From Eledone cirrhosa (lineage: Eukaryota), in the NCBI GenBank assembly GCA_964016885.1, contig OZ024740.1, positions 281,108,001 to 281,172,000 of the forward strand: DNA of 64,000 bases, read 5' to 3'. This document shows, one piece after another, positions 12,800 to 25,289 of this stretch (positions are counted from its first letter, which is position 1; the number at the start of each line of letters is the position of its first letter). Under the pieces are notes generated by a model. It saw only the letters and a list, made by a program, of their open reading frames with translations, ran no database searches and was not told the DNA's origin. The position numbers were made by a program, and so were the translations under genes.

Positions 12800-15783
12800 T
12801 AATACTATTTATAGTTATGTATATAGTATAAACAACTATAATCAGGAAGGTCAGTAATTTCTTAATTACCTTATTACCAGTAAGAGAAATAGCTCAATGT
12901 ATGAACATCACTTGTTTTACAGAGCAGTTAAATAAATAAATTATACATAGGAACCTACCCTACCTCAATGCGATGATGCGCTTCTTCTCATAGACTATAA
13001 CAAATTTAATATAGAAAAAACTAGGAAACAGTTACACAAAATTTTCAAAAACTACAACTTACGTATCACCTTAGATAAAAACACTAAAAACGTCAACTTC
13101 CTGAGCCTAGACTCTAGAATATACACACACTATCATAAACCTAACGAAAAACTAATTCATGTGAACACCAACTCTAAACACCCTAAATCCATATTAAACT
13201 TCTTACCAAAGGAATATCTAATAGAATCTCTAATCTATCATATAATGAAACTATATTTAACAATAATTCACAATACTATAATGAGGCCTTAGCTAAATCA
13301 GGACATAAGAATGAGATTGAATTCCTACCTATAAAATCACATAGTTACAACATTATTTCTCATGAGGAAAAATAGTAAATCACTAGCCACTATAACTCTA
13401 AGACGAAGATTAATACCAAACTTAACTCGCACCAAAGTAAACACCAAAATAATAATTTTAACAGGGATATAAATACCTAAAAAAAACAATACTATAAACA
13501 AAAATAGAATAACTAATCTAAACGTCTCTACCAACTTGCCTAAGGCTTTCTTCTCAATCCTAGAAAGGAACTTCCCATCCAGCCACAAATACCAAAAATA
13601 CTATAATCTTATCAATAAAAATAATAATTTAAACAGGGATATAAAAGATTTCCCAACAGGCCACAAGTACCATAGCCTTACCAATAAAAATACAATTAAA
13701 ATATCGTACTCCACCATACCTAACATAGCATACCTTATAGCTAGTAGTAATAAAAAGAAGATTAATAACTATTTCTAACTAATTAAAACACAACAGGAGG
13801 TAAACTTAGTACCCGTAAACAATAGTAGTAATAATAGTAATAATGAAAATAGCACTAATGAAATCAATAACAATACGAATGATAGGTATTATTACCCTAG
13901 TGCTACCACTAGCAACCAGAATTCTTCACAACATAGGAACCGACACGTTAAAACCCAGAATAAATGTAACTGTATAACTAATAGAACTTGCCCCTTAGGT
14001 AATAATTGCTTAACCAAAGACATCATCTACTCATGCACCGTCAAACAACTCTTCTATAACATATATAGGTTCTACTTCGAACAACTTCAAGACGAGATGC
14101 AACTCGCACCTCCACTCTTTCCAGAAACGCAATCTAGCCAGCTCCGCTTCATTATCTAGCTACATACACTCTCTGAAAACTAGGAATAGACCATTTACAC
14201 TGCAATGGGAAGTAGTAGGCCGGGCCTCATCGTATAAACCACCGAATAAATTGTGTAATCTCTGCCTTCTGGAGACCCATCTTTTCGAAACTAGACCTCA
14301 ATAGAAAGTCAGAGACATTTCCCTCGTGCCAACACCGGTACCGACACTCGTTCCATAACTTTAAACCTAGCTGTTAGTATACAACAATGTCAGATTTGAA
14401 TTCCCCACCACCATTAACACTCCACATCTAGGACTTAGCAGCACCCACAACCACAAACGCCTCGACCAACTCTTTCCGCTACACAACTCCTATTCATCTA
14501 CAACATTATGCTCTGCAATAACAGTTAGAATTGGACATAGAGTTACCACCTTGTGATATAACTACAATAGATTAATTACAACTTATACAGTAATGGATAT
14601 TTAGCACTTGGTATGTAGATACATTTAATGTAATGTGTGGTGATAAACTATGTGTACATTTGTAATTGTATAATTAAATGCTTAAATAACACAACATAAT
14701 AATAATAAAGTATATATACACTTATAATTAAATATAAAATTTAATAGCAGTCTATATTAGGGATTATATTATTACACATATAGCATATCTATTATGACAT
14801 ATTAACAGCTGTATAATCCTTCATAACATATACCTTGTCCAGTAATGAATAGATAACAATCTAAAGAAACCTTTAATGTATGATAGTAGAATACACTGTA
14901 TTTAAAATCAGGCATAAATATACAGGGTTATGTAACAGAGATCCAATGGTATCACATTATACTGTGTATTAGAACAAAGAATTTTAATAACTGAATTGAA
15001 CTTAATTAGCTAGTTACCTTCCCTTACGCATTAGCTCCCCTTATTCACTTCCGGAAATTAACGATTGAAAATTTAACGGTTGATAAAATATAGTCTATGA
15101 ATATGAATTCATTAAGACTAATTTACAATCCATTGCTCTAACTAATTTAAAACACTCAATATAAACATTAACTATAATTTAATTAAACATATGTCATGGA
15201 AAAGTCTGAAAAAACTGTATGTTTCTCAACACACATTAATTCGAACACCATCAACATTCAACATCCACCATAGACATTACCATACATTAACAGTGTTGCT
15301 TCAACTGCAGTATTTATTCATCTATATATGCATAATATCTTTGCTTGTCTCCTTCTCATGTATATGACTTACGCAGTCACACTATCCACACGCCTGCATA
15401 TGAATTGTTATTGCACTCTTCCTTTCTCAAAACTGCTTCCTCAATGTCTCTTTAATATTTGGACTATTCCCTTGTTTTAACTGTTGCATGTATTCCACTC
15501 TGTGCTTTTGATTTTAATTTTAATTTTGATTTTAATTTGGACTTAAATGTTTGTACAATTATTGTACAATTCTCGTAAAATATATGTCACATCCATTCCA
15601 CCATGTAAATACGAAACTGTTGCTCACAACATCAATTTATATGTATCTATATTATTGTTCAGTTGAATAGGAGGGTAATTATATCTGCAAATATTGATAA
15701 TGGTCCGATGATTCCAAACGAAAGTTTGGAAGAAACTATTGTCAGCTATTAAATGATTAGAACACAACTTTGATAATTGTATA

Positions 15784-15787
<4 letters not shown>
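12800..15787 (+). mobile_element. 5'-truncated, decayed Penelope-like element (RT C-terminal half, GIY-YIG, 3' region, HHR)
   Basis: DDALLLI..IFKNYNLRIT..NVNFL..YHKPNEKLIHVNTNSKHP; CNC..RTCPLGNNCLTKDIIYSC..YIGST; HHR at 15701. Confidence 0.88.
15701..15747 (+). ncRNA. Type I hammerhead motif, CCGATGA core, GAAA-capped 8-bp stem II
   Basis: tggt-CCGATGA-TTCCAAAC GAAA GTTTGGAA-GAAA-CTATTG-TC-agct. Confidence 0.7.
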
Positions 15788-16134
<347 letters not shown>

Positions 16135-16165
16135 ATACCGAGGACAAATGTTTCACCTGAAGTGG

Positions 16166-16200
<35 letters not shown>

Positions 16201-16205
<5 letters not shown>

Positions 16206-16623
16206 TCAAGTTATCAATAATGTACTGATAATATATCGTCACGTTAGAGATGAACAGCGTACGTGTAGGTTTGCTCAACGAGTATAAATTATATTCCGGA
16301 GAAAATGTAGAAAAGATGAATATAAAATGAAAGTGCTTTTATAAAGGAATTTATTAGGTATTGACATATGTTTCTGTAACAGACGGAATACCTATGTATC
16401 AATGCTTGCGTAATCATATAATGTTAGCAAGAGATATTGGATAAATTTATCCAATATCTCTGAAGACGTGACAACTGATTATACATTTGCTATCGAATAC
16501 TTGCTAACATTATATGATTACGCAAGCAGCGATACATAGGTATTCCGTCTGTTACAGAAACATATGTCAATACCTAATAAATTCCTTTATAAAAGCACTT
16601 TCATTATATATTCATCTTTTCTA
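16201..16623. mobile_element. Non-coding foldback element (PLE 3'-end derived) with tail
   Basis: Arms ~16308-16431 and ~16500-16623; perfect 32-bp palindrome at 16430-16461; unique tail 16201-16307. Confidence 0.85.
16455..16572 (+). ncRNA. Hammerhead motif with extended stem II and weak stem I
   Basis: CTGAAGA-cGTGACA...TGTTACa-GAAA-CATATG-TC, followed by AATAAA. Confidence 0.55.
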
Positions 16624-16649
16624 TATATATAGATTTTTGTGAAGTGTGA

Positions 16650-16695
16650 GCTGTACTGATGAAGGCTGATACCCAGAAACATTAGTGTCTGCAGT
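16650..16695 (+). ncRNA. Type I hammerhead motif
   Basis: GCTGTA-CTGATGA-aGG ctgatac CCa-GAAA-CATTAGTG-TC-TGCAGT (6-bp stem I with wobbles). Confidence 0.7.
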
Positions 16696-16858
16696 TCTGT
16701 TCACACAACGACACAAGAGCAAGAATGAAGGGTTCATTCTACTGACAGCTATAAAATTGAGGTTTTTATGTATGATATATGTATATCCGCTTAATGTGAA
16801 ACATTTGTTCTCGGTATGGTGAACTAACTGTTGTGGAACTACTTCTATATATACATAT

Positions 16859-16947
<89 letters not shown>

Positions 16948-17012
16948 AATATATATATATACATTAATAAAATAATGAATAAACAAAGAAACAGTTCCTT
17001 ATATTAAAAAAT

Positions 17013-17150
17013 TCATCATTTTACGATCGTTTCTAGGATATATATGTTAGTGTTGGTATGCATATCCTATAGATCTATGTAAAATGTTTACAAACTATCA
17101 GAGGGAATATACATACCTACACATATATATGCTGTCTTCAGAAATAATGA
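17013..17150 (-). ncRNA. Type I hammerhead with ~100-nt stem II (PLE 3' end ~16964-17375)
   Basis: TCATTATTT-CTGAAGA-cagcatatatatgtgtaggtatgtat...atgcataccaacactaacatatatatccta-GAAA-CGATCG-TA-AAATGATGA. Confidence 0.8.
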
Positions 17151-17373
17151 TATTTGTTTATTGAAAAAAACCAACAAAGATTTAATATAATAGGTCTGTT
17201 TGGGAACAGATTTTGAATTGACCAATAGAAAGATAGTGAAGGTCAAGATGATAAAATAGTAGTAAAAGGACCTTAATTTATGGGTAGAGGTAGGTAGATT
17301 TCAGTTTTGGATGGAAAGAATATTATGAATGAAAGATTATTTTAGGGATGAAAATAGGTCATATGGTGACCTC

Positions 17374-17419
<46 letters not shown>

Positions 17420-17421
<2 letters not shown>

Positions 17422-17557
17422 CTACATCCACAAGAGTATTAAAGTTACTTTAATACTAGTAACTTTAATACTAGTAACTTTAATACTCTTGTGGATGTAG
17501 TTAGCTATTTGTTGGATGCTTTCCATGGTGCTCTTCTCTAATTCCTCAGTGTTCTCT
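17420..17557. repeat. Small foldback derived from PLE RT coding sequence
   Basis: Arms 17420-17449 and 17473-17502; 17473-17557 is the reverse complement of a relative of ~20016-20099. Confidence 0.85.
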
Positions 17558-17596
17558 GTGTGTGTGTGTGTGTGTGTGGGGGGGGGTTACTACGAT

Positions 17597-18069
<473 letters not shown>

Positions 18070-18110
18070 AAATGAAAATCCGAAGGCAAGGTAAAATTCC
18101 AATCATTTAA

Positions 18111-18184
18111 TCACGACACATGTTTCAATAAGAGATAGATCGATTGTGAAGCCATGATCGATTATCACTGATCTCATCAGGTGA
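18111..18184 (-). ncRNA. Type I hammerhead (left arm copy)
   Basis: TCAC-CTGATGA-gatcag...tcttatt-GAAA-CATGTG-TC-GTGA on the minus strand. Confidence 0.8.
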
Positions 18185-19343
18185 AAATGAATTGTCTTCA
18201 AATTCTTGATATGAGGGAGAAAAAAAATAACGGTGTTCTCTCACAGAATTCATTCCCTCATATGGAGACACACCAGTCAGTCAGAGACACGGCGACTGCT
18301 ATCAGCTTTAGTTGAGGTCATAAAAGTTTTCAGATTTCTATCGCTGCAAAAGACGCTGAACATCAATCAAATCTGTAGGGATACAGTCAGTCACAGTTAA
18401 AAGTGAGTGGGTACACACACACTCCACACCTACATACATCGGCTCGAGGTCAAAGAAAAATATATACATATATATACACACATCAACACAGTATTAAACC
18501 TGTAGAGCCAGTGTGGGTGGGTACACACACACTTTCACACACACACCGAAGCGATGTCCGAGAAAAAAGAAATATAAGAAACAAATATAAGAATGTACCA
18601 ACACAGCACTCCCCGAAAGCTAGTTCATAAAGCAACAGAAGCTATGTTGATCAAATCTCAATTTGACGATGTAAATTGGAAATATTGAGTTAACCAACGC
18701 CCCTCCCCACACACACACGCAAGTAAGTTCAGTTCAGTGTTCTGCTATACGTATATAGATCGAATTGTAACATCCATATCTTCCAGTGTATGCTATGGTA
18801 TATACACATCCGAATCGTCCAAAAAAGGGTATGTCCAGGTAAATACACATCCATGTGAAGAGCAAGCAATCAGCTCATGTCGAACTCAGTGTGTACAGCT
18901 GTCCCATTGAGAATCCGAGTCACCAAATCCGTGCGTGCAAGCAACCGCAATGTAGGCTAGAAAAGGGCTCCGTGTAGGGTTGGATATTGGGTAAATGCGT
19001 CCGCAACTGCGATTTCCCGTCATATGGGCCAATGAGCTTTAAGATAGTTGTTTGAGTGGTGGAGGTGTGTTATCCAACACAGAAGGTGAAGTAAAAAAAA
19101 ACACAGGATAGTAAAATCCAAAGGATGTGTGTAGGCCCATTAATGGTGTGTCAGTATTATTGTTCAATCCGTAACAGTGAGTCCTTTTGCAGTGATAGAA
19201 ATCTGAAAACTTTTATGACCTCAACTGAAGCTGATAGCAGTCGCCGTGTCTCTGACTGGTGTGTCTCCATATGAGGGAATGAATTCTGTGAGAGAACACC
19301 GTTATTTTTTCTCCCTCATCAAGAATTTGGAGACAATTCATTT

Positions 19344-19417
19344 TCACCTGATGAGATCAGTGATAATCGATCATGGCTTCACAATCGATCTGCCTCTTAT
19401 TGAAACATGTGTCGTGA
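19344..19417 (+). ncRNA. Type I hammerhead (right arm copy)
   Basis: TCAC-CTGATGA-gatcagtgataatcgat...atcgatctgcctcttatt-GAAA-CATGTG-TC-GTGA. Confidence 0.8.
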
Positions 19418-19630
19418 TTAAATGATTGGAATTTTACCTTGCCTTCAGATTTTCTTTTTGATACTTATACTCCATTTTACATCATCTAGCTGTTCCCTTG
19501 AATGGAATTGGAGATATACAAAAGCGTGGAGAACTTAATATTGTTAACATAAAGTTATTGGACAATTTTATACAACCAATAATGCACCTTACTATATAAC
19601 AACTATATATATATATATATATATATATTT

Positions 19631-19970
19631 TGTATTAATTTAACAATGAAAATAATAACCGCAAATTTGAGTTATTTTACCTATTCATATGATTGTTTTA
19701 CGATCGTTTCGGAGCGTTTAGCATGTATATAACTGTATAATATCAGACCTCATATATAGGTTCGATTAGAGCGTCTTCTTCGGAAACAATGAATAGGTAA
19801 AATAACTTGACTTTGTAGTTCTTATTTTCATTGTTAAATTAATACCTATATCTGACTCTGTATCTAAGGAATTAACTCAGCGGAACATGGAATCTTTTTA
19901 TGGATTTCACTGGATTACTCGCCATCAGATTACGTTGAGTTCCACCTACAGTACGGATCCTGCCACTTCT
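19631..19970. mobile_element. Foldback whose loop is a hammerhead, plus tail
   Basis: Diverged arms ~19631-19688 and ~19789-19845; tail to ~19970. Confidence 0.75.
19692..19790 (-). ncRNA. Degenerate type I hammerhead (CCGAAGA core)
   Basis: ATTGTTT-CCGAAGA-...-GAAA-CGATCG-TA-AAACAAT; stem II is eroded. Confidence 0.6.
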
Positions 19971-21100
19971 GCTACGTAGATGATATAAATATCGTAGTAA
20001 AAACACCCTCACAGGAGAACAGTGAGGAATTAGAGAAGAACACCATGGAAAGCATCCAGAAAATTGCTAACTCCATCCACGCGATTATTAAAGTTACTAT
20101 AGACTACTCAAATAACCACCCTAACCATATATTACTCGTACTAGACACTGAACTCTGGTTGGAAACTATTAGTAATAGAATGCAAATCCTCCATTCGCAT
20201 TATGCCAAACCCATGACCTCCAAATACCTGATCCACCGAAACTCTGCTGTTTCGGATCATATAAAAATCAACATACTGATTGCGGACTTAGTAAGAATGA
20301 TGAGGAACATGTCCGGCATGTGCAACTCCAAATAATTAGAGAAACACATACAACGCTTCATCCACTGCATGCAGTTCTCTGGATACAATCAGAGAGACAA
20401 GATCAGGAAGTATAAAGGAGCTAGAATCAAATGGGCAAAGATTGTAGAAAATGACGCAAATGGAACTTGCTCCATGTATAGGAGCAAATTTTGGAACAGA
20501 ATAGAAAGGATTAGGAATAAGGCAAATAAAATAAACTCATGATTTGATAGCAATAAATACCAGAGTGAAATGTTCAACACAACCCCTAGATGTGAACTAA
20601 CGTATAGATTTAGAAGGGCCCTAGACAAGTTCAAATTAAATACTACGACAGTTGAAAGTCCAGGTATTCCCATAAACACCCTAATTAGTAAAGACTACCC
20701 ATATAAAAGATCCCCCTGTGCTGATAGGAAATGCATAGTCTGCAAACTAAGCACAAAAATTAACTGCAAAACTAGGAACGTAGTATATAGCATAAGATGT
20801 CCTGGGGGACAGAGTAGGAATAATAATATAATATACATAGGTGAAACAGCCCGTAGCATAGGAGAAATGATTAGTGAACACTAGCGAGAACTCCGGGTTG
20901 GGAAAAACTCATCAGTACTCCAGAAACATGCAAAATTAGAACATATGGGCACATTAGAGAACATAGAGATAAAAATTATATCCACACACAGAAAATATGC
21001 AATGCTCTTGCAATTCACAGAGGCAACAAATATAAACAAACTCCAACCAATATTAAACAGAAAACATGAGTGGAATAGCAACATCACAACTAGTAATTGA
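19970..21100 (+). pseudogene. Penelope-like RT (from YVDD) plus GIY-YIG endonuclease, with stops
   Basis: YVDDINI, VLDTELW, HYAKPM, CADRKCIVC, NCKTRNVVYSIRC, YIGETARS, LNRKHEW. Confidence 0.9.
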
Positions 21101-21315
21101 GGACAAAATGAAGACATACAGACTCATACAAAAACCAAACTAACAAAACAAATCGAACACACACAAATAGAACAAACAATCAACTAGTGACAAATAAATA
21201 ACACATAAATGAATAAATAAAAACACACACACCCGGCTGTAAACCATGCGCAACACAAAAACAAAAACAAGATGGCGTAGGACAGGTCAAAGGAGAGACA
21301 CAAAATAAAAACCTA

Positions 21316-21358
21316 GTTACTGAGGAGGTCACATAATATGTGACGAAACAGCTTTGAC
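21316..21358 (+). ncRNA. Minimal type I hammerhead downstream of the PLE ORF
   Basis: GTTA-CTGAGGA-g GTCACA taata TGTGAC-GAAA-CAGC-TT-TGAC. Confidence 0.7.
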
Positions 21359-21406
21359 AATATATAAACAACCTTCTGGTTATCGAACTAACCAACCAAC
21401 CGGATA

Positions 21407-21432
21407 TCTATACATGTATATAAAATTGAAAT

Positions 21433-21527
<95 letters not shown>

Positions 21528-21650
21528 TAAGTTTTGAAAAGTCTATACAAATCCACATTTCTACTCCGATTGACTCCAAACTTGCATTTATATATTCCTT
21601 GTGGTCTAAAGATATTAACTGCAGCTTTCATTTTTCAATTTTCCGTTCTT
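21407..21650 (+). mobile_element. 5' part of a non-autonomous Helitron
   Basis: Begins A|TCTATAC, then (GT)n; reverse-complement match to 54027-54186. Confidence 0.7.
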
Positions 21651-21784
21651 AAAGGAGTGTTAGGCGCTGGTTATCTCTCTCTCTCTCTCTTTATTAGTCT
21701 GACTTTTTAGATAGATACATAGCTTTAAGGTCGGGCCTTATAATATCTCTCTGTATCTCTGACTGTGTGCATTACGACATTATG

Positions 21785-21970
21785 ATGAACATGGTTCTCA
21801 TTGCTGACGTATTATCTTCGCTATTTTCCGTTCATTGCCAGGTAATGTCTTCACGAACCGAAGTATCGTGGTCCTGTTTTCCTTCGGTTGCAACGTTTTT
21901 CGAAATATTTACTTCTGCGTTGACAGATTGATTTTTTTAGTTTCAGAAGATCTCGTTAAGGGTGAAAGCA
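21785..21970. repeat. Unclassified dispersed repeat, second copy at ~33085-33278
   Basis: tcttcacgaacc..tatcgt..tcctgttttccttcggttgcaacgttt.tcgaaatattta.ttctgcgtt.acagattga at both sites. Confidence 0.85.
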
Positions 21971-22972
21971 CACGTTGTATTGTAAGCAATGTCAATGTTA
22001 GTGCTGCTACATAGGACCCCCATTACCACTGAACTTTCACCTTTGCGTTCTGCATTTCCATCCGCAGGCCAACATGGAATGGTCTTCATAGTAGTCAGTT
22101 TATTGAAGGAGAAACAGAAGAGTCTCTAATTTGCCATCCAAAAATCCCATTGACAATAACGAAAACCGCCAACATCAACGCAGAATGATACATTGTAGGT
22201 CGCTTTATCCCATCTTTTATTAATCAAAAGATTTCTTGCTAACCGTTTGTGCTCCATTCATCTAACTGTAGACCAACAAATACCAACAAAAACGATGGCG
22301 AATGAATCTTCGAGGTAAGAAGTTTCCTCCCGGGCTGTTAGTTCACGCGGGATTCTCTGTTACACCTTTTCATAATAATACCGAACAACGTACTACTGGT
22401 CACTCCTTCCTCCAAAAGCCGTACAAAGCGGACATGTGTATCGGGCAGATGGATCGGGTGCAAATCTACACCAGACCTACGCAAGAAATTCGCAAGGGAC
22501 TACACCGAGAGGGATAGAGAGAAAGAGTAACTTAGTGGAAAGAGTGCGAATGAACTTTTGAGGTAAGTAGCCTACGTCTTACTGCTATGACACTGGAACC
22601 TTCTGCCAACTTAACCTGTACTTTCTCTTTCACATTTACTCCAATAGGAAAAAAACAAAAAACAGAGTGGAAACGCCGGAGGACAACTGTCACAAAAGGA
22701 GTATGAAAAGAAGGGGCTCAACAATATTTCTATGAACAATGCACGTAGACAGTTAAACTGTACTTTCAACTTCTTAATTTTCTCCAAATAAAACAAGTTT
22801 CCTGACGGTATATTTTCGTGAGGAACTTACAAATAAACGTTTCTCGTTAGAGGTGGTATTACCAATGTTCTCACCCGTACAACACCGGGATACACTGCTA
22901 GTTTCTAATAAATTGAAGTGAAAATTAACAGGTGCGTGTGCTTTTATTGGCAGCTTGACCGTCCCAAAGTAT

Positions 22973-23052
<80 letters not shown>

Positions 23053-23167
23053 TAATAAGAGGATTTCCAACGTTGTCTGATTTAGTCGTTTTATTTACAA
23101 TCCTTTAAAATGTATAACGGTATTAGAATGAAATAGTATGATAGAATATTAAATGTTAAGTGTTAAT

Positions 23168-23206
23168 TGAACAAGTACTTTCATACTTTCGCAATCTTCA
23201 GGTTCA
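23168..23206 (-). ncRNA. Minimal type I hammerhead (left arm)
   Basis: TGAAC-CTGAAGA-tTGC GAAA GTAt-GAAA-GTAC-TT-GTTCA on the minus strand. Confidence 0.8.
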
Positions 23207-23278
23207 TAATGTGTGGTGACAGTCAAGTTTGCAATTTTCACAGTTGAAAATTCCAAACTTGACTGTCACCACATATCA

Positions 23279-23317
23279 TGAACCTGAAGATTGCGAAAGT
23301 ATGAAAGTACTTGTTCA
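23279..23317 (+). ncRNA. Minimal type I hammerhead (right arm)
   Basis: TGAAC-CTGAAGA-tTGC GAAA GTAt-GAAA-GTAC-TT-GTTCA. Confidence 0.8.
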
Positions 23318-23481
23318 ATTAACACTTAACATTTAATATTCTATCATACTATTTCATTATAATGCCGTTATACATTTTAAAGGATTGTAAATAAAACGAG
23401 TAAATCAGACAAAGTTGGAATTCCTCTTATTAATATAATCTTCTATACACAATCATACACACCCGTGTATATTTATCTCTC

Positions 23482-23580
<99 letters not shown>

Positions 23581-23608
23581 TATCTAATATATTTACATAT
23601 ATATATAT

Positions 23609-23731
<123 letters not shown>

Positions 23732-23780
23732 GTGTGTGATATATATAATATATTTATATATATATATATATGATATATTA

Positions 23781-24155
23781 TATTGTTATACTTGGCGAGG
23801 GTCATATTTGCGTAATATTGCGAGAATTAATAACAGAACACACTCACTGTTTGGTTGGTTTTCGCTTCTCGCTGTCTTTTATTATATCTGCGATCTAACT
23901 TACTCGGTCCTCAATGTTGCCATTGACTGACCGCCGGTCAGTCAATGGCAACATTGAGGACCGAGTAAGTTAGATCGCAGATATATATATATAAAAGACA
24001 GCGAGAAGCGAAAACCAACCAAACAGTGAGTGTGTTCTGTTATTAATTCTGGCAATATTACGCAAATATGACCCTCCCCAAGTATAACAATATCTGTTTC
24101 GACACACGATTTCATATAAAAAACCTCGCAAAACTAATTCATCGCCGCTATGATA
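23781..24155. repeat. ~310-bp palindrome with 1-nt loop and extension
   Basis: Arms 23781-23933 and 23935-24092 around gactgaccg-c-cggtcagtc; (TA)n flanks. Confidence 0.92.
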
Positions 24156-24382
24156 TATTATATATATATATATAGGAAAATGTTTGACCCTGACGGCAGA
24201 GCTCAAGCCGTTTCGATGGCTATTTCTGGACAGGTGGAAAAGTCAGGATATGGCGTGGTAGGGTTGGAAAGTGCTCTACTACTACGTCCACTCTACTACC
24301 CTAAGTATTGAGTACTCTGGTGCGTTATGGTCTATCTGGTTCCTTACCACACCTCCTTCGTTATATATATATATATATATGT

Positions 24383-24416
<34 letters not shown>

Positions 24417-24890
24417 TTTTGCGAGCGTGTATGTGTTTTATGTTCTATATGAAATAAGTATGGAGTCAATGTGATTGACTAAATCATTTAAGGTGGGTTC
24501 AAATTTGACTGCCATCTAAACCTGTAAACTTATGATAAAATATGCGGAAACTATATGAACTTTACATTTCTTATCTCAAGTAGGAAAATTTCACTTCCTT
24601 CCGTGACTGGTTTCGTAAGAATGAACAGTAATTTAATAAGCCAATTGTCATTGAAAGACGGACAATGAAATTATCCGTTTTATACTTAGAATTGTAAACG
24701 TGATATATCACAATTCTTCTGAGATATTGCATATGTTGACCCTCTGGTGAGGCGTTTATTATTCCTAGTTGAACGAATTTATTTCTACTTCCAATTTTCA
24801 TTTGTCAGTTTCGACTGGACTACTGTGCAGTGAACCTAGAGATTTTAAACACTCTCATTCCTTCACACGTGTGTGTGGTGGGGAATATAC

Positions 24891-25286
<396 letters not shown>

Positions 25287-25289
<3 letters not shown>

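Larger units (their letters stand above)
18065..19605. mobile_element. 1.5-kb non-coding element with ~285-bp inverted arms, each containing a hammerhead, plus 3' tail
   Basis: 18065-18351 is the reverse complement of 19184-19463; unique tail 19464-19605; (TA)n on both sides; no credible ORF in the spacer. Confidence 0.88.
23049..23480. mobile_element. ~390-bp palindromic element with two outward-facing hammerheads and a short tail
   Basis: Arms 23049-23240 and 23245-23436, 4-nt loop cagt, few mismatches; (TA)n flanks. Confidence 0.92.

Noticed and set aside
24180-24285. Hammerhead on the minus strand (GAAA-CGGC..GCCG-TC)
   Set aside because: Only the 3' half is present; no CTGANGA core found.
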